Position numbers and translations under genes: made by a program. From positions 1 to 57,067 of the forward strand of contig CDMY01000530.1 in NCBI GenBank assembly GCA_001179505.1: 57,067 nt of DNA. The letters are read 5' to 3'. Shown here piece by piece: positions 34,441 through 46,398 of this stretch. Positions within the stretch are counted from its first letter, which is position 1; each line of letters begins with the position of its first letter. The DNA comes from Vitrella brassicaformis CCMP3155 (taxonomy: Eukaryota; Protista; Chromerida). The notes beneath the pieces are model-generated. The model searched no databases. It worked only from the letters and a program-made list of their open reading frames with translations, and had not been told where the DNA came from.

Positions 34441-34864
34441 CCGATAATCGGTACTCTCTCAGGCACCCTCCCATGCGGTCCCATCCGCCAAAGACGAAAG
34501 CAGTATTCCGTTGCACTTTTGAGCTCGCACATTCGCGTTGTTGGAAGGCCAGGGGAACGCGAAGCAGCCTTGTGCAGCATCGAGGGGCGGCCGAGCTTCC
34601 TTTCTCCGCCTTCTGCGCCTCAAATCGATGAGTTGACAACTGAGTTGACTGAGAAGCATCCTCGCGTCTGTGCTTCCTGAGGTGCGCCAGAAGGGACAGA
34701 GAGAAGGCCAATTCGCCATCGGTGCCGCCCTCATGTGCTCTGTGTGTTTGTGTGTCAGGAAGGGACCGAGAGCATCGCTTATTAGCTGCGTCCTCAGAGA
34801 AGGCCTTGGAGTTCTCATCGCAGCGGACGGCAGAGAGAGCAGCCGCTGAGTCAGATCTACAGCC

Positions 34865-37092
34865 ATGGAGGACGGTAGACAGGTGAGGCGCATCACAGCG
34901 CCGCTTGCAATCGATGGCGCCTGTCATCTGAGGGGATGTCTGTGTGCGTTGGGTGTGTGGGTGCAGGTCAAGAGGTCTCGCCCTAGGACCGACGTACCGG
35001 CAGCGTCTTCATCGGCTGCAGCTGCTGCGTCTGGTGGTGGTGGTGGTAGTGGTGCTGACAGCGATGAGGAGCGACAGCGTCGGGCTGAGAGGGAAAGACG
35101 CTTCTGGGGGGATGCACCTGTGAGCCAACCACACGCACAAGAGGATACACACCCTGATGGGTATTCACATCTCTTGCCGTCCCGTGTGCCGTGCTGTATG
35201 GCTGTGTGCAGCTCGGTCTCCTTAGCATCGTCATGGCCTTCCTTCCAATCCACCTGCTGATGCAGCTGCAGCTGCCGCCCCTGACGTGGCAGCTCACCGC
35301 CCGCAAACAGCACCACCTCACCATCAGCGCAGAAGACCAAGTCGAGCGGTCGTTTTGGCAGAGGACCACCATCGATTTGGTCAGGGAATGGGCCACATAT
35401 CTCAGGCAGCTCACGTCCATCACCCTCCAATACCCTGACGGCTTCCCGCGCTGGTGTTTCGACGTCTTTGTGGCCATCATCGAGGGCCACATTGCCGGCC
35501 GACGGGCAGCCAACATCCAAGAAGGGACACTGCAGACCATCACCTTCCAAGAGGGGTTTTGGCTGACCGGCGCGGCGATGCAGACCCTCTCGAGGACAGA
35601 TCCGCCCCTCCCCGCTCTTCTCGACCCGCCCCCCACCCTCGACGCACTCGAGACCATCGCCGGCCTGACCAACGACCATCGGCAGTTGGCCGACCGACGC
35701 TGGCGGATGCCCTCACTCGCCACCGTGCGGCAGTGTGGGTGTTGGCAGTGCGGGTGCTGGAACGCTGACAGATTGGGCCAGTTCATCAGCTCGTCCCGCT
35801 CCCTGCGGCGTGTGGAAGGCAGCTTTGAGGGTGATGAGTGGGCGGATGTATTCGAGCACGTCCCTGCGGCACCTGCTGGGCAGCAGGGAGAGCTACTTAG
35901 CAACTTGGAGGGCATCGGCACCATCCTGGTCGAAGGCGACGATCCAGAGGGCATCGAGCGGCTTCAGGTGACTACAACGCACACATGTGTACAGCAGCGC
36001 CTGTGGGTTGGTTCATGATGCCCTTCCTGTATATGTGTGTGTTCTTGCCTTCAGGAAGTGCTCGTTGCGCGGGGCTGCCGACAGTCACTCAAGCAGCTGC
36101 ACGTGGACTTTGGTGTCTCCTATTACATCTTGCGCCTCAACTTGCCCGTGCTGCTGGCCCTGGACCGACTGCTCGGCACATGCTGCCGACCAGACGCCGA
36201 CCTCAACTTCGAGTCCCCACACGCTTCATTTGACCTCTCCATCTTCTACCACCCCGACTTCCCCACCCACCCGTCACCCTCATTCAAGACCATGATCCAG
36301 CAGCTGGCACAGCAGGCCAGATCGGTGAAGTACATCTTCACCCAGGACGGTCTCGCCGACCCGCACACCGACCCGAGCCAATCGGCCATCGACATTGCGT
36401 CCAGCCTCTCATTCGACGAAGCCGTGTGGGCTGAGGTCGAAGCCTACTTCGACCCCCCGGCCGACACCCCATCGCCCCACCCGGCCATCATTACCCACCT
36501 ACAGCCCTTCCCAACCGAGATCTCAGGGCTGAATGTCTGGAGCAAATTGGGTGGTGCAGCCGGGCGGCTGCTGGCCGTCAAGATGCCCAAGAAGGTGCCG
36601 GTGGTGTACATCTACGATGTGTCGGGTGCTGAGGAGAGGTTGGGCATGTTGGCGGCGCTGGGGAGGGAGAGGGAGGTGGGTACTGTGCACATGAGGCAGG
36701 TCGGGATCGACCAGCTGGTGGGGGCGGCCGACGAATTGCCGACGATCCAGGCACTAAAGTTCATCACGACACGTACGCCGAGAGAAGAGGACATTGTGTT
36801 CATCCGTCCTCATTTTTGCCTTGTGTGTGTTCCCTCCCCTTCAGTGCCCGATGATGTGGAGGATGCCGGCAGCTTCGTCCGCGCCGGCCTCTCATCGGCT
36901 GTCCCGCACATCAGGGGCCTCCAGGGCGTGACTCTGACGGTCGACAGGACGACAGCTGAACAGCATGATTCCATCCTCGCCTCCGTTCCTGACGGCACCA
37001 ACATCGAGGGCTTCAGCGTTACATGCATCAGACGTGATGGCTATGGGGCCACATACACGTATGTGACACTAACTGCAGCGCTCAATGCGTGA
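34865..37092 (+). CDS. Lineage-specific repeat-family protein, copy B
   Basis: Five exons MEDGRQ|VKRSR...RRFWGDAP|LGLLSIVMAFLPIHLL...|EVLVARGCRQSL...|PDDVEDAGSFVRAGL...TAALNA*. The N-terminal motif is F-box-like and is followed by degenerate LxxL repeats. Confidence 0.85.
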
Positions 37093-38025
37093 AGAGGAGG
37101 TAATAGCACTCATTCATTCACGCAAAGCTCGGTCTCATTGTGTGACCCATCGTGTGTAGCAGATCAAAGCAGACTAGCTGACGACATTCATCACATCAGT
37201 GCATGGAACCCCCTCTGTGTGTGCATGGCGTCTTCACTAAGTCAATTCATATTCACGTATCGAAAAAAAATCACACAACTCACCGACACACCCAGGCCTG
37301 GCCATTAATGACGCGCTCCTCACCTACTCAATCTATCAGCCTGCGTCAGAGAGTCTCGCACTCACCAAGAAATAAGTCAATGCACGACACCTCCATCCAT
37401 CCATCCACAAGCACTGGTACTCACACCCTTCCTCCCTCCCTCATTTTATCTCTCGGTCTGCTCGCCGCCCTAGTAGTGCGTGGCTATTACGGCAGGGGCG
37501 TTCGTCTTACGGTATGGGGGATGGGAAACAAATGGGTGTGTGAGTGAGCGATTTGGGCTCTACACATCCATCCGAATCCCGCACGTCGGCTGCATTGCAT
37601 TCATGAGTCTCCTTTCTGTGCGTATCAGTGCAGCCAGCTGCAGAGCGTCTTGTCATGAGCAGTGCATTCACATGCTCTGTTTATTTGCGCAACACAACAC
37701 TCCCACAACGCACCCACCCAGCCAGGCATGAACGCTCATTGAAGACGACCATTTGAGCAAAAACTGACTGATACGTTCGTTTGCACAGCACACCGACTGA
37801 CTGACTGACTGACTGAAGGCATAGCTGCAGAGTGCGGCATCCACACATTTAGGACACGCACACACACACGATCAGCCCATGCCCAATGGGAAAACATACA
37901 CACTCGCCTTCACTGCACCGCCCCATCAATAAAGACATCAGACAAATGACTGCTCCCAAGTCCCCGAAAACGACACGCTGCCATCCTGATCAGTGGACAC
38001 CCCGGCGGGGTGGGAATGACGATCG

Positions 38026-39130
38026 TCAAGGTGTCGATGGGCATCTCGAGCAGGGATGCCGCAGTGTGCGCCCTTCCTGATGCGGCCGTAGCAATAGCCG
38101 CCGACAGCAAACAGGTCCCACAGCCTCTCGAGCATATTCTCGTTCGGGAAAAGCCTTGGCTGGGCCACACGAGAGCAGACCAGGGTGAGCAGAGTGCGGT
38201 TCCCACACACACGAGCAGCATATGGCCGCATAGCCGAAGGCTGCACACACACGGGAGGAAACACAGGAGGGCCGGACGACAAAAGTATCCGTCTACCTGC
38301 GTCGACTTACGAGCGTAGAGGAGGATGGCGGCCATCGTGATGACGCCATACTTGCACGCCACAAGCTGCAAAGCTATGCTGTGGTACGTCCCACAGACAA
38401 ACAGCACATTGAGGATTGCCAGCAGAGGGCCTCCCGCTGCAAACAAAGCACCAAACGATGGCAGAGATGGGATGGCAACTCACTGCAAAGAGTGTCTTCG
38501 CAGCTCGCCTGCTTACCGATGCCGCACATGGCGACGATGCCGGCACATAAATTGACGTCAGGCATCAGGACAATCACACTCGCTCCCAAGGCCGCTTTCC
38601 ATCAAAGAGCCAAGACTGCAAGCACCAACACACCGAACAACCATCGCCCCTCTGCTTGCAGCAGCATCTCCCATTGGCTGACTCTCTTACACAGCAGTGC
38701 CCAGTAGAAGCGCACCTTGGCCGGCACATCAGGGAGATAAACACATCAGCCGACGCTGCTTGCCCCACACTCAAGGTCCGCCACAAGACTCATCACCAGG
38801 TAGCTGCCAGGGAGCTGTGTAATGGCCTCCCTGTCACACCCATCGTCATGCACGCAGGAAGACAGACTGGGGCTGGAGGCTTGGTCGCCGGCAGCAACAC
38901 ACACTCGACAGGACAGCGGTTGCTGGGAGGGACACACACAGCCGTCGACGGCGCTACCTTGCTGCTGCAGGCCAAGTCGAGCACATGAATAATGACAGAT
39001 CTCGATGGCATAGCTCTTGTTGATGATGAGGGCGAATGGCATCGATGCCGTCGAGGGCCGGGGAGGCTGGCCGGGGCTGCCGAGAGGCGAGAAGAGAGAC
39101 GTGCTGAGATCTCATTCAGAAGATGAACAA
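38026..39130 (-). pseudogene. Decayed membrane-protein gene, unit C copy
   Basis: LAL*WKAALGASVIVLMPDVNLCAGIVAMCGI|AGGPLLAILNVLFVCGTYHSIALQLVACKYGVITMAAILLYA. The in-frame TGA at 38602-38604 corresponds to TTA in unit A. Confidence 0.55.
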
Positions 39131-39580
39131 TAACATCTCAGCCGATAATGGCGCGTCTAATATGCACCCTCCCGTCCACCCCTTTCGTCCCCAGTTTCAC
39201 CAGCCTTTAAATTTTGAGCTCGCAGATCGCCCGCTGCTGCTACAGAGAGAAGAAGGGGAACGCAGGCAGCCTTGTGCATCATCGAGGGGCGGCCGAGGTT
39301 GCTTTCTGCGCCTTCGACGCCTCAAATCGATGAGTTGACAACTGAGTTGACTGAGAAGCATCCTGGCGTCTGTCCTTCCTGAGGTACGCCAGGGAGAGAG
39401 GGAGAGGGCCAATTGGCCATCGGTGCCGCCCTCATGTGCTGTGTGTGTTTGTATGTCAGGAAGGGATCAACGTGAGCACTGGTCAAGTAGCGGCCTCAGA
39501 GAAGGCCTTGGAGAGTTCTCATCGCAACGGAGGGCAGAGAGATCAGCCCTAGGATCAGCCGCTGAGTCAGATCTACAGCC

Positions 39581-41801
39581 ATGGAGGACGGTAGACAGGT
39601 GAGGCGCATCACAGCACCGCTTGCAATCGATGGCGCCTGTCATCTGAGGGGATGTCTGTGTGCGTTGGGTGTGTGGGTGCAGGTTAAGAGGTCTCGCTTT
39701 AGGACCGACGCACCGGCAGCGTCTTCATCGGCTGCAGCTGCTGCGTCTGGTGGTGGCGGCGGCGGTGGTGGTGGTGGTGAGAGCGATGAGGAGCGGCAGC
39801 GAGGGGCAGAGAGGGATAGACGCTTCTGGGGGAATGCACCTGTGAGCCAACGACACGCACAAGAGGATACACACCCTGATGGGTATTCACATCTCTTGCC
39901 GTCCCGTGTGCCGTGCTGTGTGGCTGTGTGCAGCTCGGTCTCCTTAGCATCGTCATGGCCTTCCTTCCAATCCACCTGCTGATGCAGCTGCAGCTGCCGC
40001 CCCTGACGTGGCAGCTCACCGCCCGCAAACAGCACCACTTCACCATCAGCGCCGCCGACAAAGACGAGCGGTCGTTTTGGCAGAGGACCACCATCGACCT
40101 CGTCAAGGAATGGGCCACATACCTGAGAAAGCTGACGTGTGTCGTTCTTCACTGCCCCATCGGCTTTCCCCGCTGGTGTTTCGACGTCTTCGTGGCCGTC
40201 ATCGAGGGCCACATTGCCGGCCGACGGGCAGCCAACCTCACCGGAGGGACACTGCACACCATCGCCATCAAAGAGCGGGTTCGGCTGACCGGCGCGGCTG
40301 GGCAGGCCGTCGCACGAACATACCCGCCCCTCCCAGCTCGTCTCAACCCGCCCCCAACCCTCGACGCACTCGAGACCATCGCCGGCCTGTGTGGCGGCCA
40401 TTGGCAGTTGGCCTACCGACGCTGGGTGATGCCCTCACTCGCCACTGTGCAGCAGCACGAGGCATGGGGTGCCGACAGCCTGGGCCAGTTCATCAGCTCG
40501 TCCCGCTCCCTGCGGAGTGTGGACTCTGCCAGCTTTAGGGGTGAGGGGTGGGCGAGTGTGTTTGAGGGCATCCCTGCGGCAGGTGTTGGGCAGCAGGGAG
40601 GGCCACTCGCCCAGCTGGAGAGCATCGGCACCATCGTTCTCGAAGACGAGAATCATCGGGCGCGGGCGGGCATCGAGCGGCTTCAGGTAAACACAACGCA
40701 CACACATGACAGGAGGGTGTGTGGGTTAGCTCATGATGTCCTTCCTGTATGTGCGTGTGTTCTTGCCTTCAGGAAGTGCTCGTGTCGCGGGGCTGTCGAC
40801 AGTCACTCAAGCAGCTGCACGTGGAATTTGGTCCCTTCTACCGCATCGACCGCCGCATGTTGCCCGTGCTGCTGGCCCTGGACCGATTGGTCGGCACGTG
40901 CTGCCGACCAGACGCCCCTCTCACGCTCACCGCCACCAGCAATTTCGGCTTCGACCTCGCCATCTTCTACTGCACCGACTTCCCCACCCACCCGTCACCC
41001 TCATTCAAGACCATGCTCAAGCAGCTGGCGCAGCAGGCCACGTCGGTGAAGTACATCTTCACTCAGGACGGCCTCGCGGACCCGCACACCACCCCCATCC
41101 AATCGGCCATCGAGCTCGCATCCACACTCTCATTCGACAAAACCGAGACGGTGGAGGTCAAGGATTTCGGTGACTTCCACCCCACGGCCAACGCCCCATC
41201 GCCCCACCCCGCCATCATCAGCCACTTGCAGCCGTTCCCGAAAGCCTCAGAGCTGAATTTCGAGACCAGCCTGGGTGGTACTGCTGGCCAGCTGCTGGCC
41301 AGCAAGATGCCCAAGGAGCTGGGGAGGGTAAACATCTACGAGGTGTCGGGTGCTGAGGAGAAGGTGGGCATGTTGGCGGCGCTGGGGAGGGAGAGGGAGG
41401 TGGGTACGGTGTGGATGGGGGACATCGGTGTCGACCAGCTGGAGGGGGCGGCCGACGAGTTGCCGACGATCGGGAGACTACACTTCGCGCTGACACGTAC
41501 GCCGAGAGGGCATTAGTATCCTTCGCCCTCATTGCTGCCTTGTCTGTGTCCTTCTTCAGTGCCCGCTGGTGTGCAGGATGCCGGCAGCTTCGTCCGCACC
41601 GGCCTCTCGTCGGTGACCCCGCACATCAGGGGCCTCCAGCGTGTGATTCTGACGGTCGACACGACGACAGCTGAGCAGCACGATTTCATCGAGGCCTTCG
41701 TCCCTGTCGGCACCAACATCGAGGGCTTCACAATCATATGCATCAGCCGTGTCTTCTGGGGGGGCACACAGGTGGAAATTGCTGCACCTTCCGATGCCTG
41801 A
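39581..41801 (+). CDS. Lineage-specific repeat-family protein, copy C
   Basis: Same five-exon structure as copy B, with near-identical first three exons. Confidence 0.85.
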
Positions 41802-42365
41802 AGGTGAGAGAACGGCACTGTGTATGCGAGGGTTTGTATGATCACGCGTGACCGTGCTCCTGTCTGCTCTGTGTGTGTGCGATGGTGTTGGTGTTTGTCA
41901 GGCCGGCTGTTGTGTGTGGTGGATCATTCATAGAAGCGGGGCGGTGGCAAGGCAGTGTGGCCATGCTTAGCTGACGACATTCGTGCGCTGCAGAGCATAG
42001 CTGTATGGGATGCGTGTGTGTATGTGTGTGAATGTTTGTGTCGGTGACTGCCTAGGCAGCTGTACAGAGTTGACGCACGGCGAAGTAATGCTGACAGTGT
42101 GTGTGTGTGTGTTGGTGTTGGTGTCTGGCCGTCTATTGTGTGAGGACGATTCTCAGCTGACGCCATTCATGTGTTGGATAGCATAGCTTGATGTGTGTCT
42201 GTACGAGACTCATCTGCAGTGTGCAGACGAGGCCCTTGTTGGTTGTAAGCTTGCACAAACGTTAACACACTTGTGCATGGCCTCACTGGGTCAATTCACC
42301 CGCAGATCGAACAAATATCGCACAACTCACCGACACACCCACACACGTTCATGACGTCTTCACCC

Positions 42366-42445
42366 TCTCTCTCTCTCTCTCTCTCTCTCTGCGAATGCTG
42401 GCTGGCGTGAGTGTGACTGCGTGCCCATCCATCCATCCATCCATG
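42366..42445. repeat. (CT)n and (CCAT)n microsatellites
   Basis: ctctctctctct... followed by ccatccatccatccatcc. Representative of dozens of intronic and intergenic (CA)/(TG), (GACA), (GGAT) tracts. Confidence 0.9.
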
Positions 42446-42908
42446 CATAGCTCCCCGCACATTGGCCGCGTGCATGAACGTGTGTCTCTATGCGTGTGTC
42501 GCTGTCATGCAGTCAGTTGCGGAGTGTCATGTTGTGTGCGTGCGTGCTAAAGGACGGACTGCTGCATTGAAAGGTGGCGTGTGTGCGTCATTGACACGCT
42601 ACATCTACATGTCTCCTTCTCATACGAGACATAATTAGTGAGTTGTGCATGTCATTGATTGATTGCAGCTTCGGCGTTCGTTCGCGACAAAAAAAAAAAC
42701 AAATGTCTCCATTTCTGTAGGTGTGTGTCCTTCGCCTGTCTTGACTACGGTCGTGCATCAGTACTGACTGCCGCTTCGAGTTCTCGCCTCCAAAAGAAAC
42801 GTGTCATGTTCTGTGTATGTGGGTAATACTGGGTATGTCTGTCTCTCTGTCTGTCTGTCTTTTGTCTGCTCGACTTTAGTCGAGCAGCTCTGGGCCCTCT
42901 TTCAAAAC

Positions 42909-44217
42909 CTAGCGTTTCTTGCACTTTCCTGTACTGCTAGTCAAGAGTGCTTTGAGTGATTTGGAGCAGGAAAGCCCGGGCTTGCACTTGTAGCCTAAGG
43001 TCTCGTCGCAGACATCGCCCTCGACGCCTTCCAGCTGCACCCCCACACACACATATCTACGCGAGCGTGTGTGTATGAGTGTACACTCGGTTACCCTGCA
43101 GATTCCGTGCTTGGGCTCCTCCTCCTTCTTGCCAGGGGCCTTCTTGAAGCACTTGACGCCTGGCTTCTGGTACTCGGCCACGAGGGGAGGCGTGTAGCAG
43201 TCGTCGTGCACGACAGACAGAGACTTGGAGCACTTCTGTCCCATCTTTTTCTTGCCGCTGAGGGGGAGCAGGCTGCGAAGCTCCGTGTCCAGCTCTCTGG
43301 CGTCGTTGTTCCGCCCGCCCGACCATCAGCTCTCCCTTGAGGGGTTTGCACTGCTTGTGGGGGTATCCAGGCATGGAGACACAGGCACACACGAGGGTCC
43401 CCCCCCCCAGTAGCGCCCGCAGTAGCCGTACTGTCGTTCAAAACACACAAAATGAATCAGACATCGTCCTCATCTGACGTGTGTTCAAGGAGGACAAGAG
43501 AAGGCAAGCCGCAGAACACCGGAACGACTCCCTCACCTCGTGTAGGCTGCTGTGGCCCGCGCCTTTAGACGAAGAGGTCTCGAACGACCAATGGATCTCG
43601 CACATGGCCTTCCATCCGTGCGTCGCGCCTCGCCACTCTTGCTGCTCTCTTGGGACCGTATTGGCTTCAGGAAGGTTGACGTATATCTGTTTCTCAATGG
43701 GATCGGAGGCTGTCTGGCCAGGCTCCATCCTGAAGGCACACACACGTGAGTAGAGATGTGATTATGGTCAGTATGAGAGGGGAGGTCACAATGGTGTACC
43801 AGTTTGAAGGTCAGGTTCTTCGGAGGCGTGGCCACCTCCTTCATTATCGTCCGGGCGTCCTTGCCCATGATTTGCTCCCACTGGATCAGATCGCTGTCGT
43901 GGATCACGCAGAAGTCCTCACCGGCCAGCTCGAGCCCGCCATGGATCGTGACGGCCAGCGAGTGATGTGGCGAGACTCCGGCTGCATCATCCACATATGA
44001 GACGGGGCTGCCTCACTGCCTCTCTTGTGCACAGCCCATCGCTCACCGGTGTAATTCAGCCCATAGGAGGGGACGGCAAGGAGCGCCAGAAGCTGCATAT
44101 TGTCAAGCAGAGAAGGACAACATTGTCATTGGAAATCGCCTGTGATGTGTCCCCGTCTCATTGGAGTAGTGTCTGGGAGCAGCCTACCGAGGCAACCGGC
44201 AGGAGAAGGCTCATCAT
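42909..44217 (-). CDS. Secreted cysteine-rich protein, copy 1 (frame-disrupted)
   Basis: Signal peptide MMSLLLPVAS|LLALLAVPSYG; HE|YGYCGR..VCACVS; C-terminal QKCSKSLSVVHDDCYTPPLV...KCFKK...HGICR|LEGVEGDVCDETLGYKCKPGLSC...TGKC. Two opposing frameshifts lie in 43310-43410. Confidence 0.7.
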
Positions 44218-45005
44218 GATGATGGCAAAGGGAACAAGAGTGTGAGCGATACGGGCGGGGACTGTCAAGAGGGACTGCGAACACGAGACGGGGGCCCCGG
44301 GGCGGTTGGCCCCCAGGACGAAACAAAAGGACACTGGTAGCCAAAGGGGTATAGGAGTGGCCCGTCTGCCGTGCACTCACATGCGCACACGTGATGTGTC
44401 TTTGTCTGTTCATGCAGATGGGAGAGGTGAGGCCCGCAGGGCCAACTTGCGCCCAGTTCAATTCAAGGCTTGAGCGAGTTCCCGTAGTTTACCGTAGTTT
44501 GGCGCACAAGTCGCGCCTATTGTGCAGAAGACATACTGGTACAGTACACATACAAGCAATTGGACGCGTCTTATTTCCTCTCGTGAAGTCAACGCTGCAA
44601 TCAAGCTTAGAATAGAATATATTGCCATCCCCCACTCCATGATCCCGCATGTCTCATGGCGCGTTTTGAGATGGACAGGGACCAATTTGAAGGCAAAAAG
44701 CGAGGCTGTTCCTGCATCCTGCATGCTTCTCAGCCGGTGCCTGCATGTAATGGATCTACATGTAGTGTGGTTGATCAATGGGGCTGGGCTAGTGGGCATC
44801 GGTGTGCGCCGCTGATTGCCTGACTCGTGTGTCTGACTCGACCGGGTGCTTTATGGCTTGATGTCTTTCGGGTTATCAGCATTGATTGCAGCTTTGAGTC
44901 CATGGCAAGAAACCAGACGTGTACACGTCAGCCTGCCTGCCTGCCTGTCTGTCTGCCTGTCTGTCTGGCTGGCTGCCTGTCTGGCTGCTTTGCGCTGGTT
45001 CGTCC

Positions 45006-46128
45006 TCACATATATTGTTTGGGTTTGCACTCTCCTGTACCCCCAAATAATGCCGTGAAGCCGCTGCACTCAAATCTCGGCTTGCACACGTGTTTCTTAT
45101 TGTCGCACGGCTCGCCTTCGCCCGCTCGCAGCTGCAACGACCCATACGTATTACACAGACAATGGCTCGCTCGTTGAACGCAGATGAACGTTAATGCGCT
45201 CACCTTGCAGAATCCGTGCGTGGCCTTCTTCTCTCTCTTGAAGCACCTGACGGGCGCTGCATGCCGATTCGACACCAGGGGCGGCGTGTAGCAGTCGTCG
45301 TCCGTGCTGCACTTCTCCCTCCAGCTTTTCTTGTTTGAGCCGGCCGTTGGCAGCAGGCTGGCCAGTTTCGTGCCCAACTGCGTTATCTTCTTGTCCTGCT
45401 CGACCGTCGGCTCTAGTTCAAGGGGCACACATGGCGTCTCGTGGGCATAGTATTGCCAAGACCCGCTGACACAGGCACACACGCGGCCTCCCTGCTGTCT
45501 CCCGCAGTAGCCGTACTCGGCCAACTGAGGGCGGTGAATCAGCGACCCGAATCCGGTCAGCTGGACCTGGTATCTGATCGAACAGGCACTGAAGTTCTGG
45601 GCCTCCTTGTGTGGAGGCAGATCGGCAATGATCTCATCGATTGGCGTTTCAGAGGAAAAGAAATTGCCACGCGTCTTCACTGGCTCCCTCCTGCACTCAC
45701 ACACGGGCAGCTAGAGACGTGTGCACAGAAAGGACCGACGTATGCGAGCGGCGTGTGATTACCAGTTGAATGTCAGGTGCTTCAGAGAGGACGCAGTGTA
45801 GCGTCTGGCGTCCTCTCTGATAATTTGCTCCCACTGTCCCTTCCAGTTGTCGGGCATCAAACAGGGGTCCTCGGCCACCTCAAAGCCGCCATGGTGGCCA
45901 CTGCGGAGCGTGGCGGTCAGCGAATGACGAGATGAGAGTGCGGCTGCATACGGGTGTGAGACATGAAACGGCCTGCTTCTTCAGCACAGCCCATCGCTCA
46001 CCGGTGCGATTCAGCGCATTGGAGGGGACGGCAATGGCAATGAGCACCAGCAGCTGCACACACACGCACACGCACACAGGAGGCAGACACGACAGCAAAA
46101 CCCCGATCATCGATGATGACTGTCTCAT
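45006..46128 (-). CDS. Secreted cysteine-rich protein, copy 2
   Basis: LLVLIAIAVPSNALNRT leader; EYGYCGRQQGGRVCACVS; EKCSTDDDCYTPPLV...RCFKR...HGFCK|LRAGEGEPCDNKKHVCKPRFEC...TGECKP. Paralogous to copy 1. Confidence 0.75.
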
Positions 46129-46398
46129 TGCAGTGGCGTCGGCCATCAGCACGTAGATACCGGGGCAGCGGTCAGGAGAGGCGACCGTTTGATCATGGTG
46201 GGGCACGACGGTCAGACGAGGAAGAAAGAAGCGGGAAGGGGATGAGGCCTGAGACTGGGGGCAGGCTGGGGGCCATTTGCGTCGTCCGGGCATCATCGTG
46301 GCAATATGGAAGATAGTTGCAATGAAAGGGTCGGTGCACTATCCGAGCAGTAGAGCTGTCAGTCAGATACCGTGAGATGGAAGAGAACGCGTCGCGGG

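Larger units (their letters stand above)
27600..42340. repeat. Three ~4.6-5.1 kb tandem segmental units (A ~27.6-32.7, B ~32.7-37.2, C ~37.2-42.3 kb)
   Basis: Paralogous genes, paralogous upstream blocks, shared 3' flanks (31980-32230 vs 41800-42170) and shared boundary motifs (gcctaggtca at ~27611 and ~32689; cacaactcaccgacacaccc at ~37274 and ~42321). Confidence 0.8.
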
